DNA of 64,000 nucleotides from Guillardia theta CCMP2712 (taxonomy: Eukaryota > Protista > Cryptophyta). The stretch lies in assembly GCF_000315625.1 (NCBI RefSeq), contig NW_005434612.1, positions 62,001-126,000 on the forward strand. Reading direction: 5' to 3'. Of the stretch, positions 39,801 through 50,800 are shown in pieces. Position numbers and translations under genes: made by a program. The notes under the pieces are model-generated. The model saw nothing but the letters and a program-made list of their open reading frames with translations, was not told where the DNA came from and searched no databases. How positions within the stretch are numbered: the first letter of the stretch is position 1; every line of letters starts with the position of its first letter.

Positions 39801-42800
39801 CCGAGCAATCTTGTGACGCCACTGTGACCTTGATCGGGATGTTTGTTTGAATAACTTCGCTATTTGAGTTCTTGCAGATAAACCTTGTAGTCGGTAACAA
39901 GCCAGCCTTCATGATGTGGTTGCGGAACTCGATAGCGACTGATCTGACTATCTGCTTCTCGTTCTTTGCTCTGGTAGCCTCGAACTCTTTGTTGCTGAGA
40001 GGCCTCATGGAATAGTTTTGTATTCTGAAGCGATTTGTTTTCGTCATGCTGTTGTCTGAAGCCAATAGAAGAAGCTCGACCTCCCCTGTTGGCAAGTTCA
40101 AGTCAAAGTGCTTATCTTGCAAGAACCTCTCGATCCTTCCAACGTGACTTTGAATCCTTGCTTTCTCCTTTGATTCTTTGTACAGCTCGACAATATCTCC
40201 GACTTGATATACATCATTCAAGAATATAATTCTGTCGTGCTGAGACATTCCTTCAGCATCTATGTACCTTGGGTTTTCGTCTTCGAAGGAGACCTCTGCG
40301 TCAAACTTGAGGTGACATTGTTTGAGCCAGTAATCGTATGCTTTTGCGAGGTCCTTCGAGTCAAGTGCATCTTGTAATTTCCTCATTTTGGTTTTGCCCA
40401 TGTTGAATGACCATTTGCTTGCCTCTGGCTCGATCCCTCGGTCTACAAAAAGAAGGCCGAAAGTCCTTGCATAGCATCGCTGCGGGGCAAGCGTCTTATC
40501 CCCCTCACGGTATCTCATGAAGCCAGGAACATAATGCTCCCCTGGAAGCCATCGTCCCATCCAGAACACCATGAAGCGGCGATCCAACGAGGTTGAGTGC
40601 CCATGCAGCTCGTCAACGTACGGGACTGTGTCCTTGTTGCCCTGGTTCGGAAAGTAGAATATCGCCCCCGTCGCGATCGAGCGCTTGGTGGGGTCAGAAT
40701 CGTCGGGGATCTCGACGTAGATGGGGAAGCAGTCCTTGGCGTCGTCGCTCAGCACTCGGTCAAGGCAGCACGTCGAGTCTGCAAGTCGATGCGGAGGGGC
40801 CGAGCTAGCAGAGCCTTGATGGATCCACTCGAACTCCAGGTCAATCTGCTCCGACATAGAGCCAGACTGGTCTCTACATTGCTTCAGCATCGTCTTCAAG
40901 CGGCTCATATCTTCATGAAACCTGTGTTCCCTTTGTGGTTTACGACCCGTTCGCTTCCCATCTACACTCGGCTGGTCTATCAGCCTCAGCACCTGGTCCA
41001 CAAACCTCTTCGCGCCTGCCTGCTCTCCTTCAAGGTACATGTAGTACATCGCTCGGATGTTGCTCAGGCAGAGCTTGAGAGCTGCCGCAGAGAAAGCTCC
41101 ATCGCTGGTAAAGAAATCAACCTTGAAGCCTTCTATGTCGATCTTGCAGAAGCTCGACGCGACGTCTTCGCCTTCCTGGAGAGACCTGATGCATCTAATT
41201 GCTTTCCAAGCCGATAAGGTTGAGTCTTCCACTACTTGCACAGTTCTGCTGTCTCGCGTCTTACTGCTCACAACATGTCTTGTTCCAAGGGCATTGCAAG
41301 CATTTTTCGCCCCCACGCCATATCGAGAAAAGGTACCGCTCAAATATCTCCTGAACGATGTGCAACCCTCGTCGTACAGCTCCTGCGTAGATGCGCGCTT
41401 TGACCCACATTGAAGCATTTCCTTGGGGTCTGAGCAGCCTATTCCATTGTCCACAAGATGAAAAGTGCCCCTTTGGAAGTTGAGTGTAACTTTGATAGTT
41501 TTGTTCTTGTCATATTGGTTGCAGAGTACACGTTGTATCGAGTTATCAAAAAGCTCCCCGATCGCTGTCAAGAAAGAGTAATTACTGATCAAACTTTCTA
41601 AAAAACGCATCCTGTCAAGTTTGATGTTGATGGTTGGCCTGTCTTTGAGATCACGGCAGAGGTCTGTTGGCTGAACGTCAGTTTTTGTTTTCGCAATGAA
41701 TCTTGTCTACAACACTTGCCTTCAGAAACCAGCACAAACTTTTTTCCTTCTTCATCGTCCATATCGAAGTCCGGTGAAGTAGCCTCCGAAAGGTCAGGTG
41801 ATGTTCGCAGCCTCCGTCCCTGATTGAGATTAAATCACGCCCGTCGTGGAGATCATTACGTACTGAAGTAGACTCATGTAGATTCATCTGTTCTTTCAAA
41901 TGCCCAATGAGTTGCTGGACGTCTTTGAATCGCCTCATCTCATCCAGACTCAGTCGGATGGGAGTACTGCAAATGAAACGATGAGAATACAATAAAATTG
42001 GAAGCAACAACCTCAAAAGTTTGTCCGTTTTGACCGCTTTGATAATGTTGTCATCAATCTGAGCCTCGATCACGGCCTTTTTTATGTCTGTCTCTGTATC
42101 GATCATTTCCGTTTTGACCACTTGCAACTTCATCTCAAGATCTAAGGCCGCAATATCATTTTTGTCACGAAAGATGATCAAAATGCCAATTGTACGACTG
42201 GAAGTCTCGAAACTTTCATTTATGCGAATGAGTTGAATTTTGCTATCATAAACATCTTTTGGCAGGGCAAGAGGCTTATCCTCATCGCCTACTGCATGCT
42301 CCAGAAAAGATACGGTCCCATCTTTGAAGCATCTCTGCCAGTCTCCACGACGATGGAGTGCATCATCTACTTCTGCGACATCGTAGATTCTCCTCTTCGC
42401 ACATGATAAGAGTTGCTTACAGCTTTCATCCATGAGGTCAGGATTCAAAACACCCTTCATTTTCAATTTAGATGAAATTGAAACATAATTGATGTAATCG
42501 CCAAGATCTGGCAAGTTTCCATCAATTGCCATCCTCTCTGCTGTTCGGATACATTCATAGAAATGATCAGGCATTGAAGATGATATTGATTCTATGAGAG
42601 TCGGGAATACTCCAACATCAAACATTATGCTTTCCCGAGTAATCTGATCTGCACCACACTCTTCCAACTTTGCCTCCGCAAATAATTGAAATATTCGAAC
42701 TGTTGAGTTCAAACTATTACTCACTCGTTCGAAGTATTTTGACTTTTTTTCGTGGAACCGCCCCAAAATCGCGATTCCTCTGTATTTCATCGACATTGCT

Positions 42801-42811
42801 TCATGATAGTC
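36863..42811 (-). CDS. Hinge-less SMCHD1-like GHKL ATPase paralog with extended N-terminus
   Basis: 37038-41600 is a high-identity inverted copy of 90-4689. ORF 41678..42841 splices in frame through introns 41820-41863 (GT-AG) and 41664-41719 (GC-AG). 3' introns 37036-37091 and 36926-36970 give a short basic tail ending KKKKMDGTGRNKK*. Confidence 0.8.
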
Positions 42812-43351
42812 CTGGAGAGATATGTTAAAAAAGAAGCCCACTCAAAACATTCTACCCTTATCTACATGATCTTTATCATTCTAAAATTCTTTTCGATCGT
42901 CACTCCGAAGAAACCTTGAAATCTTTGGGAAAGTCTATCTAATTTGACGTGTCAAAAGCCAATGCATTTCTTGTTGAACGTATGCAAAACATTCTCAAGC
43001 ATAGAAGCTGCAAAGAGGTGCATGCGCTCAAATCTTTCGTCCAATCTTGACACACCTGGTCTTCCAATTTCATCTTGAAAGTCTCTTTGTAGTCCTGAAG
43101 TCACTATGAGAGAAGAGACTAATTGATTGGGAAGTTATACCAGCTTGTTCTCCATTAGTGTAGTTGAGTATGGAAAAGAACTAAGGCTTTCCGGACAAAA
43201 AATAGATTCAATTATGCGACACAGTTGTAAACTTTAGATCATCAAACACTAACCTTTCGACTTCAGGGTTTTCTTGCTTGATGGTAATAGACATATATTT
43301 TGTAAAATCTTGCGTGCTATCTGCAATAACAATTATCACAAAGAATAAGTT

Positions 43352-45103
43352 TCACTTTATCACACCTAGAGTGATCAATTGTTGCCATGGAACAAACCTA
43401 AATTCTGGACAATCAAGAGCATTCTGTAGCTGTTCATTCATTTTCTTGACCCAACTCTGTTTCGACTTCCGCCAGTCATAATCATATTCTCGTTGTCCAA
43501 TCGTCCACCCCATATTGCTAACCCACGTATCAAAACTGAGAGGGGAAGCTTCTATTTTGAAGTCAGTCTTAGTTTTGACAATGAGACTGCCTTGTAGCTG
43601 TTGATTGTATAAGAAAGCTTCAAAGAAAATGCTGCTGATCTTTGTCATTCTAAACAAGACCACATAGCTTCCCGATTCCAAAGCTTTTTCCAAGATCCTG
43701 AAGGAGAGTAAAGGATGACCAGATTCTGAAGAGCCTAAGAGGCGAAATTTGTTAAGGAAAGCTTCAGCTTCATCGAGAATCTGTGCTTTTGACTTCTCCC
43801 TTTTATGAGGATAGCTCATTATTGTGTCCCAATATTCCATCAATGTGCTTTGAGATTCAATGTTTTGTTGCCCGATCTCCTTTTTAACTGTGTAATTCAC
43901 TATATTGATTATCAGACATCTTTCTACATTTTCATCCGACAAGTCGCAGTCGTTTTCTTCTTGCCACTTGCGAAAGGATACAGAGGAAATCTTTCTTGCT
44001 TTGAAATGTTTCTCGACCAGGCTAAAGAGACTCTCACCGAGATGTCCACCGAACGAAGCAACGTAATTCCGTACCATATCATCTAAGTACTCTGTGTCAT
44101 CGTATCTCAAAAACAAGAGCAGGAATAGTGAACAAATCCTCCATTTACAATTGGCACCATCAGCCAATGAGTGAGAGGATTTCATAAATTCTTCGATAAT
44201 GTTCTTCAAGTCCTTTTGGAAATGTTCAATGTGGTTTGAGGAATGACCAACTACAATCGCCTCTGCAATTTTTCCTGTTGCCTCAGTTGCTTGAAACCTG
44301 GATAGTTCTTGATTTGAAATGTTTTTTTCCAGAGCGGTGCTGATGCAATTCAAGAGCTGGGGTGTTCTGCCATTCTCAACGATACGCAGATCACTAGCAA
44401 TCTTATAACGATTGAATTCAGAAACATTTTCGCAATGGTTTGCAGCATGATCCAGCACTTCCTTCAATTCATTATTGATTCCAAAAACTCCTTTTATGTC
44501 ATGCATCAAGTATTTCATGAACTCTGAATCATCAAAAGTCTTTGAACCACTCGGGCATGTCATGTACAACGCCCATTGTTTCAGCTGAATATCCTCTGTG
44601 GGTTTACTGGGTTGTTCGACATTGTAGCCAGCCTTCACTGGAAAGTTCTCTATGATTTTCCTACAAGCATCGAAGATGATCAGCAGCCTTGCTTTGGAAT
44701 CCTTCTTGAAGGCTTCAGACCAAAATCTCAGAGCACTGCTGATGGAAAGTGCGCAAATATCTATAGAACCCAAGGAACTTAGATCGTCATTGCTGCAGTC
44801 TCCAGGAATCATGTAGACCTCTCCCGTTGGAAGTTGGGCGCCATGCCCAGCATAGAACAAAATGACTTGCTGTGGTGAATCTCTACTGAGATCTTTGAAA
44901 CCAGATCGCAGAAATCGTCCTAAATCAGCTGTATTCTGCACGTCAAGGTTCAACATTGATCTACAACGCTCAGCTTTGGATAACCTCTCATGGAATTCCC
45001 GAGCATCTCTGGCCGCACTCCTCAGCTTATCAAACTGTTTGTACTTGTCGATTCCTATGCACAATGCACCGACCTTCAATCGATCAGGCTGACTGTTCTG
45101 CAT
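43352..45103 (-). CDS. Caspase-like (peptidase C14) protease domain plus helical region; probably the 5' part of a longer spliced gene
   Basis: ALCIGIDKY...LRSAARDA, ILFYAGHG (catalytic His) and IIFDACR (catalytic Cys). Intron 43321-43365 removes the ORF stop and continues DSTQDFTKY... Confidence 0.85.
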   Translation of the reverse strand: MQNSQPDRLKVGALCIGIDKYKQFDKLRSAARDAREFHERLSKAERCRSMLNLDVQNTADLGRFLRSGFKDLSRDSPQQVILFYAGHGAQLPTGEVYMIPGDCSNDDLSSLGSIDICALSISSALRFWSEAFKKDSKARLLIIFDACRKIIENFPVKAGYNVEQPSKPTEDIQLKQWALYMTCPSGSKTFDDSEFMKYLMHDIKGVFGINNELKEVLDHAANHCENVSEFNRYKIASDLRIVENGRTPQLLNCISTALEKNISNQELSRFQATEATGKIAEAIVVGHSSNHIEHFQKDLKNIIEEFMKSSHSLADGANCKWRICSLFLLLFLRYDDTEYLDDMVRNYVASFGGHLGESLFSLVEKHFKARKISSVSFRKWQEENDCDLSDENVERCLIINIVNYTVKKEIGQQNIESQSTLMEYWDTIMSYPHKREKSKAQILDEAEAFLNKFRLLGSSESGHPLLSFRILEKALESGSYVVLFRMTKISSIFFEAFLYNQQLQGSLIVKTKTDFKIEASPLSFDTWVSNMGWTIGQREYDYDWRKSKQSWVKKMNEQLQNALDCPEFRFVPWQQLITLGVIK

Positions 45104-45306
45104 ACTCTCTTGAACTATGCCTGGTTGGAGGCTCTCATGACACCATGTGCCCAGCCCCGGGCATGGCTCTTACTGTCACAGCTGGGGAAAAAATAAGAAG
45201 AGCAGTGTGGTAAATATAAAACCAAGCCCACCTCAGGTATGTAAGTAATGAACATGACAAGACATCTACATACCCTATCTGATGCCTGACCTATTTACAC
45301 GTTGAT

Positions 45307-45906
45307 ATGGAGCCGATCACCCGTCGCCATCTTCGACCCGCTCATCGCTCGCCAACCACAACCAGGCTGGTCATCGATCCTGTCTTCCTCTCCAAGGTCA
45401 AGTCCTTGGCTGAGGCCTCCGATGGCCTCTTCCTTGCACAATCGGAGGCTGGTGACCCACAGTATGTACGCTGGCGAGATGCGATGGCAGACCCGACGCT
45501 GGAGAGCACGATCTGCTGGGCGAAGATCAAGAACGCCACCCGAGCTATCGAGAAGCTCGTGCGGTCCTACGACTTCTGCGTCTACAAGCTCTTAGATGTG
45601 GTACGACAGTCTATCATCTTCAAGGACCTCGACCATCTGTGCGACTGCCTGGACAAGATTGCCAGGGACCCGGAGATCGAAGTTGTACGAATCAAGAACA
45701 GGCTGGATCCAGACTTCGACAGCAAGATATCGGGGGGCTACCGAGACATTGGGATAAACCTGCGCATCGTCAGCACCCAGACGAAGAAGGAGGGAGTGGA
45801 GGGGCATATCTGCGAGCTCCAGCTTCTGCTTGAAGACTTCCACAAGCTCAAAACCCTCGAAGGGCACAAACGGCACGTGCAGTTCCGAAACCTCCGATGC
45901 GAGTGA
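45307..45906 (+). CDS. Stand-alone RelA/SpoT-like nucleotidyltransferase ORF (199 aa), chimeric copy of the 3' domain of the 47833-51617 gene
   Basis: Motifs KIKNATRAIEK, LLDVVR, VRIKNR, GGYRDIGIN and HICELQL are intact. The ATG comes from unrelated upstream DNA. It could be an unexpressed fragment. Confidence 0.6.
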   Translation: MEPITRRHLRPAHRSPTTTRLVIDPVFLSKVKSLAEASDGLFLAQSEAGDPQYVRWRDAMADPTLESTICWAKIKNATRAIEKLVRSYDFCVYKLLDVVRQSIIFKDLDHLCDCLDKIARDPEIEVVRIKNRLDPDFDSKISGGYRDIGINLRIVSTQTKKEGVEGHICELQLLLEDFHKLKTLEGHKRHVQFRNLRCE

Positions 45907-45986
45907 TGCCTTAAACATCCGTAATTCGTAACCGTAGACTACTTCGTAAGAATTTCGTATGATTTGCGGGAGAGGTGGTTATGAAA

Positions 45987-47326
45987 AAACAGAGGAGGAC
46001 GAGACTTAGAATTGCCATTGGGCTTTAGTTCTATTCGTCTGCCTCCCCCCTATCGATCGTCCCTGTAGTGATCGTAAGTTACAACTTTCGCTTGCAGAGA
46101 GAGAACAGACCTCCCAGGCTTGAAAGTTTCCTGACGAGTCTTGTCTTCCGATGATCTTCTGCTCGAGCAATGGAATTGCGTTCACGTTGGAAACGATACT
46201 CACTCGGCTTGTTGAATGATTCTGTTGCGCGGAATTTTCTCGCAAGAGGATTTGGCTGTCGTGACTGAATTGTGGGAGAATTTTTCTCGATGACAGACGC
46301 TTTCAAGATGACAACATTCAGGGAATTCACTAGGATCATTCGAGCATGATCATACCTTCTCTTCCCCTCCGTCTGCATGCTTGCTTTGTTGTTTCTTGAA
46401 CTCTCGGATGTATCTGGTGAAAGTATCAACCATCTCAACACCTAACATAAACAAGCAAAGCAGGAAAGAACCTCTTCAGAGAGACATCTGTTCTTTCAAT
46501 CTGCCTCTGACAAACAGCGTCTCTCTCACGATGAGAAGAGCCGATAAGAATCTTGTCGATGCTGCCCTTGAACAGCTTGGCAAACCTCTCCGAATTCTTT
46601 TCTGCTGCTCTCATGGAGTCGTAGGTCTGCTTTCCTATCAGCTGATGGCCGCTGGATTGAGAGATTGCCACTGCATTCCCAAACGCTGTTGATAAGTTGA
46701 ACTCCACATGCTTGTAAAACGTCAGACAAGGCAAACTGAACGACCGGCTACCTCCAGGCCGTAGAGTTGAGACCTGAGTCTGTCAAACTTGTCTTGGTGT
46801 TCGATGGGCTCTAGGCGTTTCATGGAGCTTCTTAGTATCATCTCGCTTGTTCTCTGCCTGAGTCCAATCGAAACCTTTCAAAGTAAAATGTCAACAAAAA
46901 TGGCTGGCATGAACCTTACACAAGTTATGAGCAATGGACAAGGATGCTGCACAACCGCTGTGTTGCTTTTCAAACTTCTCTCTCTCCTCTGTGATGTCCT
47001 ACTTCTCATCTTCTCTTCCAACATTCTCACGCTTCTGTTTCAACCACCCGCTGTGAAATGAAAAACTGCCTCAAAAACCAACCAAACAAGGGAAAAAAAA
47101 AGGTCAAATTGCTGGTTGTCTTTTTTATCTTTTACAGTGACTCAGTGTCTATCGGACCAGCTATCGGACAGTTATAGTCTCGGCCCTTACTCAGTCTATC
47201 GGACCAGCTATCGGACAGTTAGTCTCGGCCCTTACTCAGTCTATTGGTCTATACAGTGACAGTGTGCCTCTTGAATTCCTCGTACTTCTACTATGAGGTT
47301 GAGTAAAGGTTCTCCCTTTCTTGCCC
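45987..47326. repeat. 1.3-kb direct repeat, copy B (3'-truncated duplicate of the 34398-36293 gene plus its upstream region)
   Basis: Matches 35256-36556. It also carries a ~46-bp tandem repeat (ACTCAGTCTATCGGACCAGCTATCGGACAGTTAGTCTCGGCCCTT) at about 47140-47245 that is absent from copy A. Confidence 0.93.
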
Positions 47327-47832
47327 TGGAGGCTTTCCTCCCGCACGTTTGAATCCGCGTAATTCCGTATCCTTTCATTTAAGTACTCTAGACAAACATC
47401 TATTTTAAATTGCCCCTTCTATTTGATATACGGCGCAAATGGGACTTGACTGTAAAACTATTATTCAGAGTTATTGCATTGTACCACAAAGTACCCACCC
47501 ACTTTAGATCAAATTGTGGTGTTCACACCCCTTCACTTTGGGTTTAAAATTTCGAAAATAAGATTTACACAAAAAAAAATCTGGTCATGAGAAAATTTAC
47601 GTCCCTTGAGTTTTTGCAACCTATCATTGGTTGCCCACCCCCTCTTTTCCCATTCTTTGCTCTGATATAGCATAGGGTCCGAACGAATCTAGAGTTGCAG
47701 GAGTATGCTATATGTCCTAGGAACGGTCCTAGAAAGCTCCTAGGGATCACTACACGCAGCCAGTCAATAAGATTATAAACGCAGCCATCATGCTGGGGAA
47801 GGGGATTTGAGGTATGTGAAACGAGCGTCAGC

Positions 47833-50800
47833 ATGTCTGCAAGGGACGGGGCTCACAAGATTGAGATCGAGGCTGAAGATGCTCAGACCGAGCCCATCCT
47901 GCTTCTGACTCCAAGGAGAATGGATTTCAAGCCAGGCTTCTCACATTTCTACATGCATGTATGCGGTGACTTCCTTCAGAGAAGCACTGCGGAGAGAAAA
48001 GTATACAAGCTCAATCCGTGGCTCATTTTGTTCTCCCATGAGCCTCTTTCTGCCGTACTCACCTTGCTTCCTGTACAAATCATCTTCATCATAGTTGGCA
48101 TGCTGTGGATCATCTTCGAGTCGATATCTCTCAGGCACATTGAATCTACAGGCTACTTCTCTCTGTCTGTTGAGCAGGGAAAAATAGTATCGGAGTTTCT
48201 ATTCCAAGATTATCTTCCAAAGAGCCATCTTGCCTGCACTTGGGAGTTGTCCCTTCAATTAGCAACCAGATACATCATTGGGGCTTCTTTGATGATTTCC
48301 GGCTTCCTGGCGATCAGGAACAAGTTTCATCGATCAAAGCTGGTAGATCCCTCGGTCTGACTCTCATACTGCCAAGTAACGCACATGTGCAGGTCTTGAT
48401 CTTTGCAGGCTTGCTCGATGCGCTGCTGAACTTGCTCATCTTCTTCCGAATGTCGTCCGAGGGCTATGAAGAGACTGCGTTGGGGGGAACACGACACCAG
48501 TTCATGATCTATGCCATCACGGTAGTTCGTGAGATCTGCTAATAGTCAACCGTTGACTCCGTGTATTATCAGGATCTCTTCTTCTTTCCAGCTCCAATGC
48601 TCTTCAGCGAAATGTACGTGGTCGAGCAAGTCAGCCTAGCGCACATCACCATCTTTGGTTCTGCGTTGGGAGCAGGAGTCGTGAGATATGAGAGCATTGT
48701 CATGTTGGCGGTCACTATTCTCTTTCTGGTCTATCGCGAGCTCACAAGATCGAGAACTTTGAGCGAAGCTTTGCACAGTTCTGGTGTGTTTGAGGAGGAA
48801 TGGAATGAGGTGAAGGGCAGCCATGCCATGTTTCGTTTGACCAACGCTCTACGAAATGTACGGGGATGGGGGCCCTACGGACCAACCTTCATCTTGCCTT
48901 CCTCGGATCCCAGGCTTGTCCCTGGCGAATCTGAAGTAGACAAGGAAATTGACGACGAGAAACTTCGAAGAAGCAACCTTGATCAGCTGTACGCCCAGGC
49001 TCTGGTCATCGATCCTGTCTTCCTCTCCAAGGTCAAGTCCTTGGCCGAGGCCTCCGATGGCTTCTTCCTCGCGCAATCGGAGGCTGGTGAGCCACAGTAT
49101 GTACGCTGGCGAGATGCGATGGCAGACCCGACGCTGGAGAGCACGATCTGCTGGGCGAAGATCAAGAACGCCACCCGAGCTATCGAGAAAGTCTTGTTGC
49201 TCTGCGACACTCAAGTGTCCCGCCTTACAGATGTGGTACGACAGAGCATCATCTTCAAGGACCTCGACCATCTGTGCGACTGCCTGGACAAGATTGCCAG
49301 GGACCCGGAGATCGAAGTTGTGCGAATCAAGAACAGGCTGGATCCAGACTTCGACAGCAAGATATCGGGGGGCTACCGAGACATTGGGATAAACCTGCGC
49401 ATCGTCAGCACCCAGACGAAGAAGAAGGGAGTGGAGGGGCATATCTGCGAGCTGAGGCTGGCTTTGATGTCGCTTCATCGGAAGACTAGTACAGGCATGT
49501 TTCAGAGGTACCAACGGGTGAAGCAGGTTCTTCGCTTCCGCACAGGGACGTCTCAGCTGGCGAGAAAGTATGCGGATGCTCCGTTGAGGACGCGGCTGTG
49601 GCGCTTGATGTTTCCGATAGCTCCAATACAAGCCGTATCGCCTTCTGATGTCTGGACGTCGCTCCTGCTGTGTAAGGCATCCACGGACAAGTCGGATGAT
49701 GCTCTCACAATCTTCAAGGGGCTGTTCCCAGGGAACATTCTCGATGATTATCTCTTCACCAGCGCACATGGTGTAGTCGATGCGGCCACATCTACCATCA
49801 TGTACTCGTCGACGCCGCTCAGAAGCGCTTCCTACAAGCCCTTCTTCCAGGTGTTGCTCTTTGTTATTTCGGGCGCCTTTGCATACTCAATCGCCAGTAA
49901 TTCATGGTTGAGTGCGCGTGGAGTGATAGCGAATGGGAAGTTCAGCGCTAGGCACTATCGTCTAGATGTGAATGCCGATCCGTCGATTGCTGTTTCTGCA
50001 CAATCACAATCCTTCCCGAATCGCTCGTTTGCGATGACAAGGGATTCTTGTCGGCGATTCTATCCATCCGCCATCTCGGTGGCAAACTCTTCTATATACT
50101 ACACCTTCGACGAGGACATAGTCGCGAATGGATGGCAGATTGACCTCAGCGCGACTCTCTCTGCTCTTGCCTTCCATCCTTACAATTTTTCTTTATTTCG
50201 TTTTGAGGGGGGCTCAGACCCGCAGCACAGCTTGCGCGAGGACTGGGTCTTGGTAAATAATTTTACGTGCGCAGAGCATCCTGAAATCTCCTTCTGCGAA
50301 GCAAATGGAACAGTAGCTGACGGGCAAACCATCTCCTTCGACCTCCGAGCATCTTGGAAGGACAACCTTTTTTTTTCCTTCTCTACCGTTCAGGCTTCAT
50401 CTTGTTTTCTTGGGGGTGTATTTTCTGTTCTCCGAAAACCCAATCTAGTCAAATTCTGTATCGGGTCCCCGTTCCATGTTGTCGGTGTAGCGGAAATCGC
50501 AGTGGCATTTCCTTTATCTCTCAAGGACAACAGCCTGATGACTCTTTCTTGGGGAATAGCCGATTTCAGCCTTGGGATGTTAATGCAATTCAGAGAGCGA
50601 TACTCGCTACAGTATCTGCCTCTCTATGTGATCTTCACTACTTTCTTCAACATCGCTTTTTCGACCTCTTGGTTTGAAGATCCTTTTGATGCATCGTATT
50701 TTCCGTTTACAAGCTATGTCCTAAGTGGCCTCTGGCTCTACTTTCGGTTCAAGAGGGATTATCTCTACCGCAAGGCTGTGAAGCAAGTCGAGCCCGACCG

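Noticed and set aside
47140-47245. Short repeated units resembling a CRISPR array
   Set aside because: A plain tandem duplication with no unique spacers and no cas genes, in a eukaryotic context.
35256-47326. LTR retrotransposon suggested by long direct repeats
   Set aside because: The repeats are host-gene exons/introns without TG...CA ends. No gag, RT or integrase lies between them.
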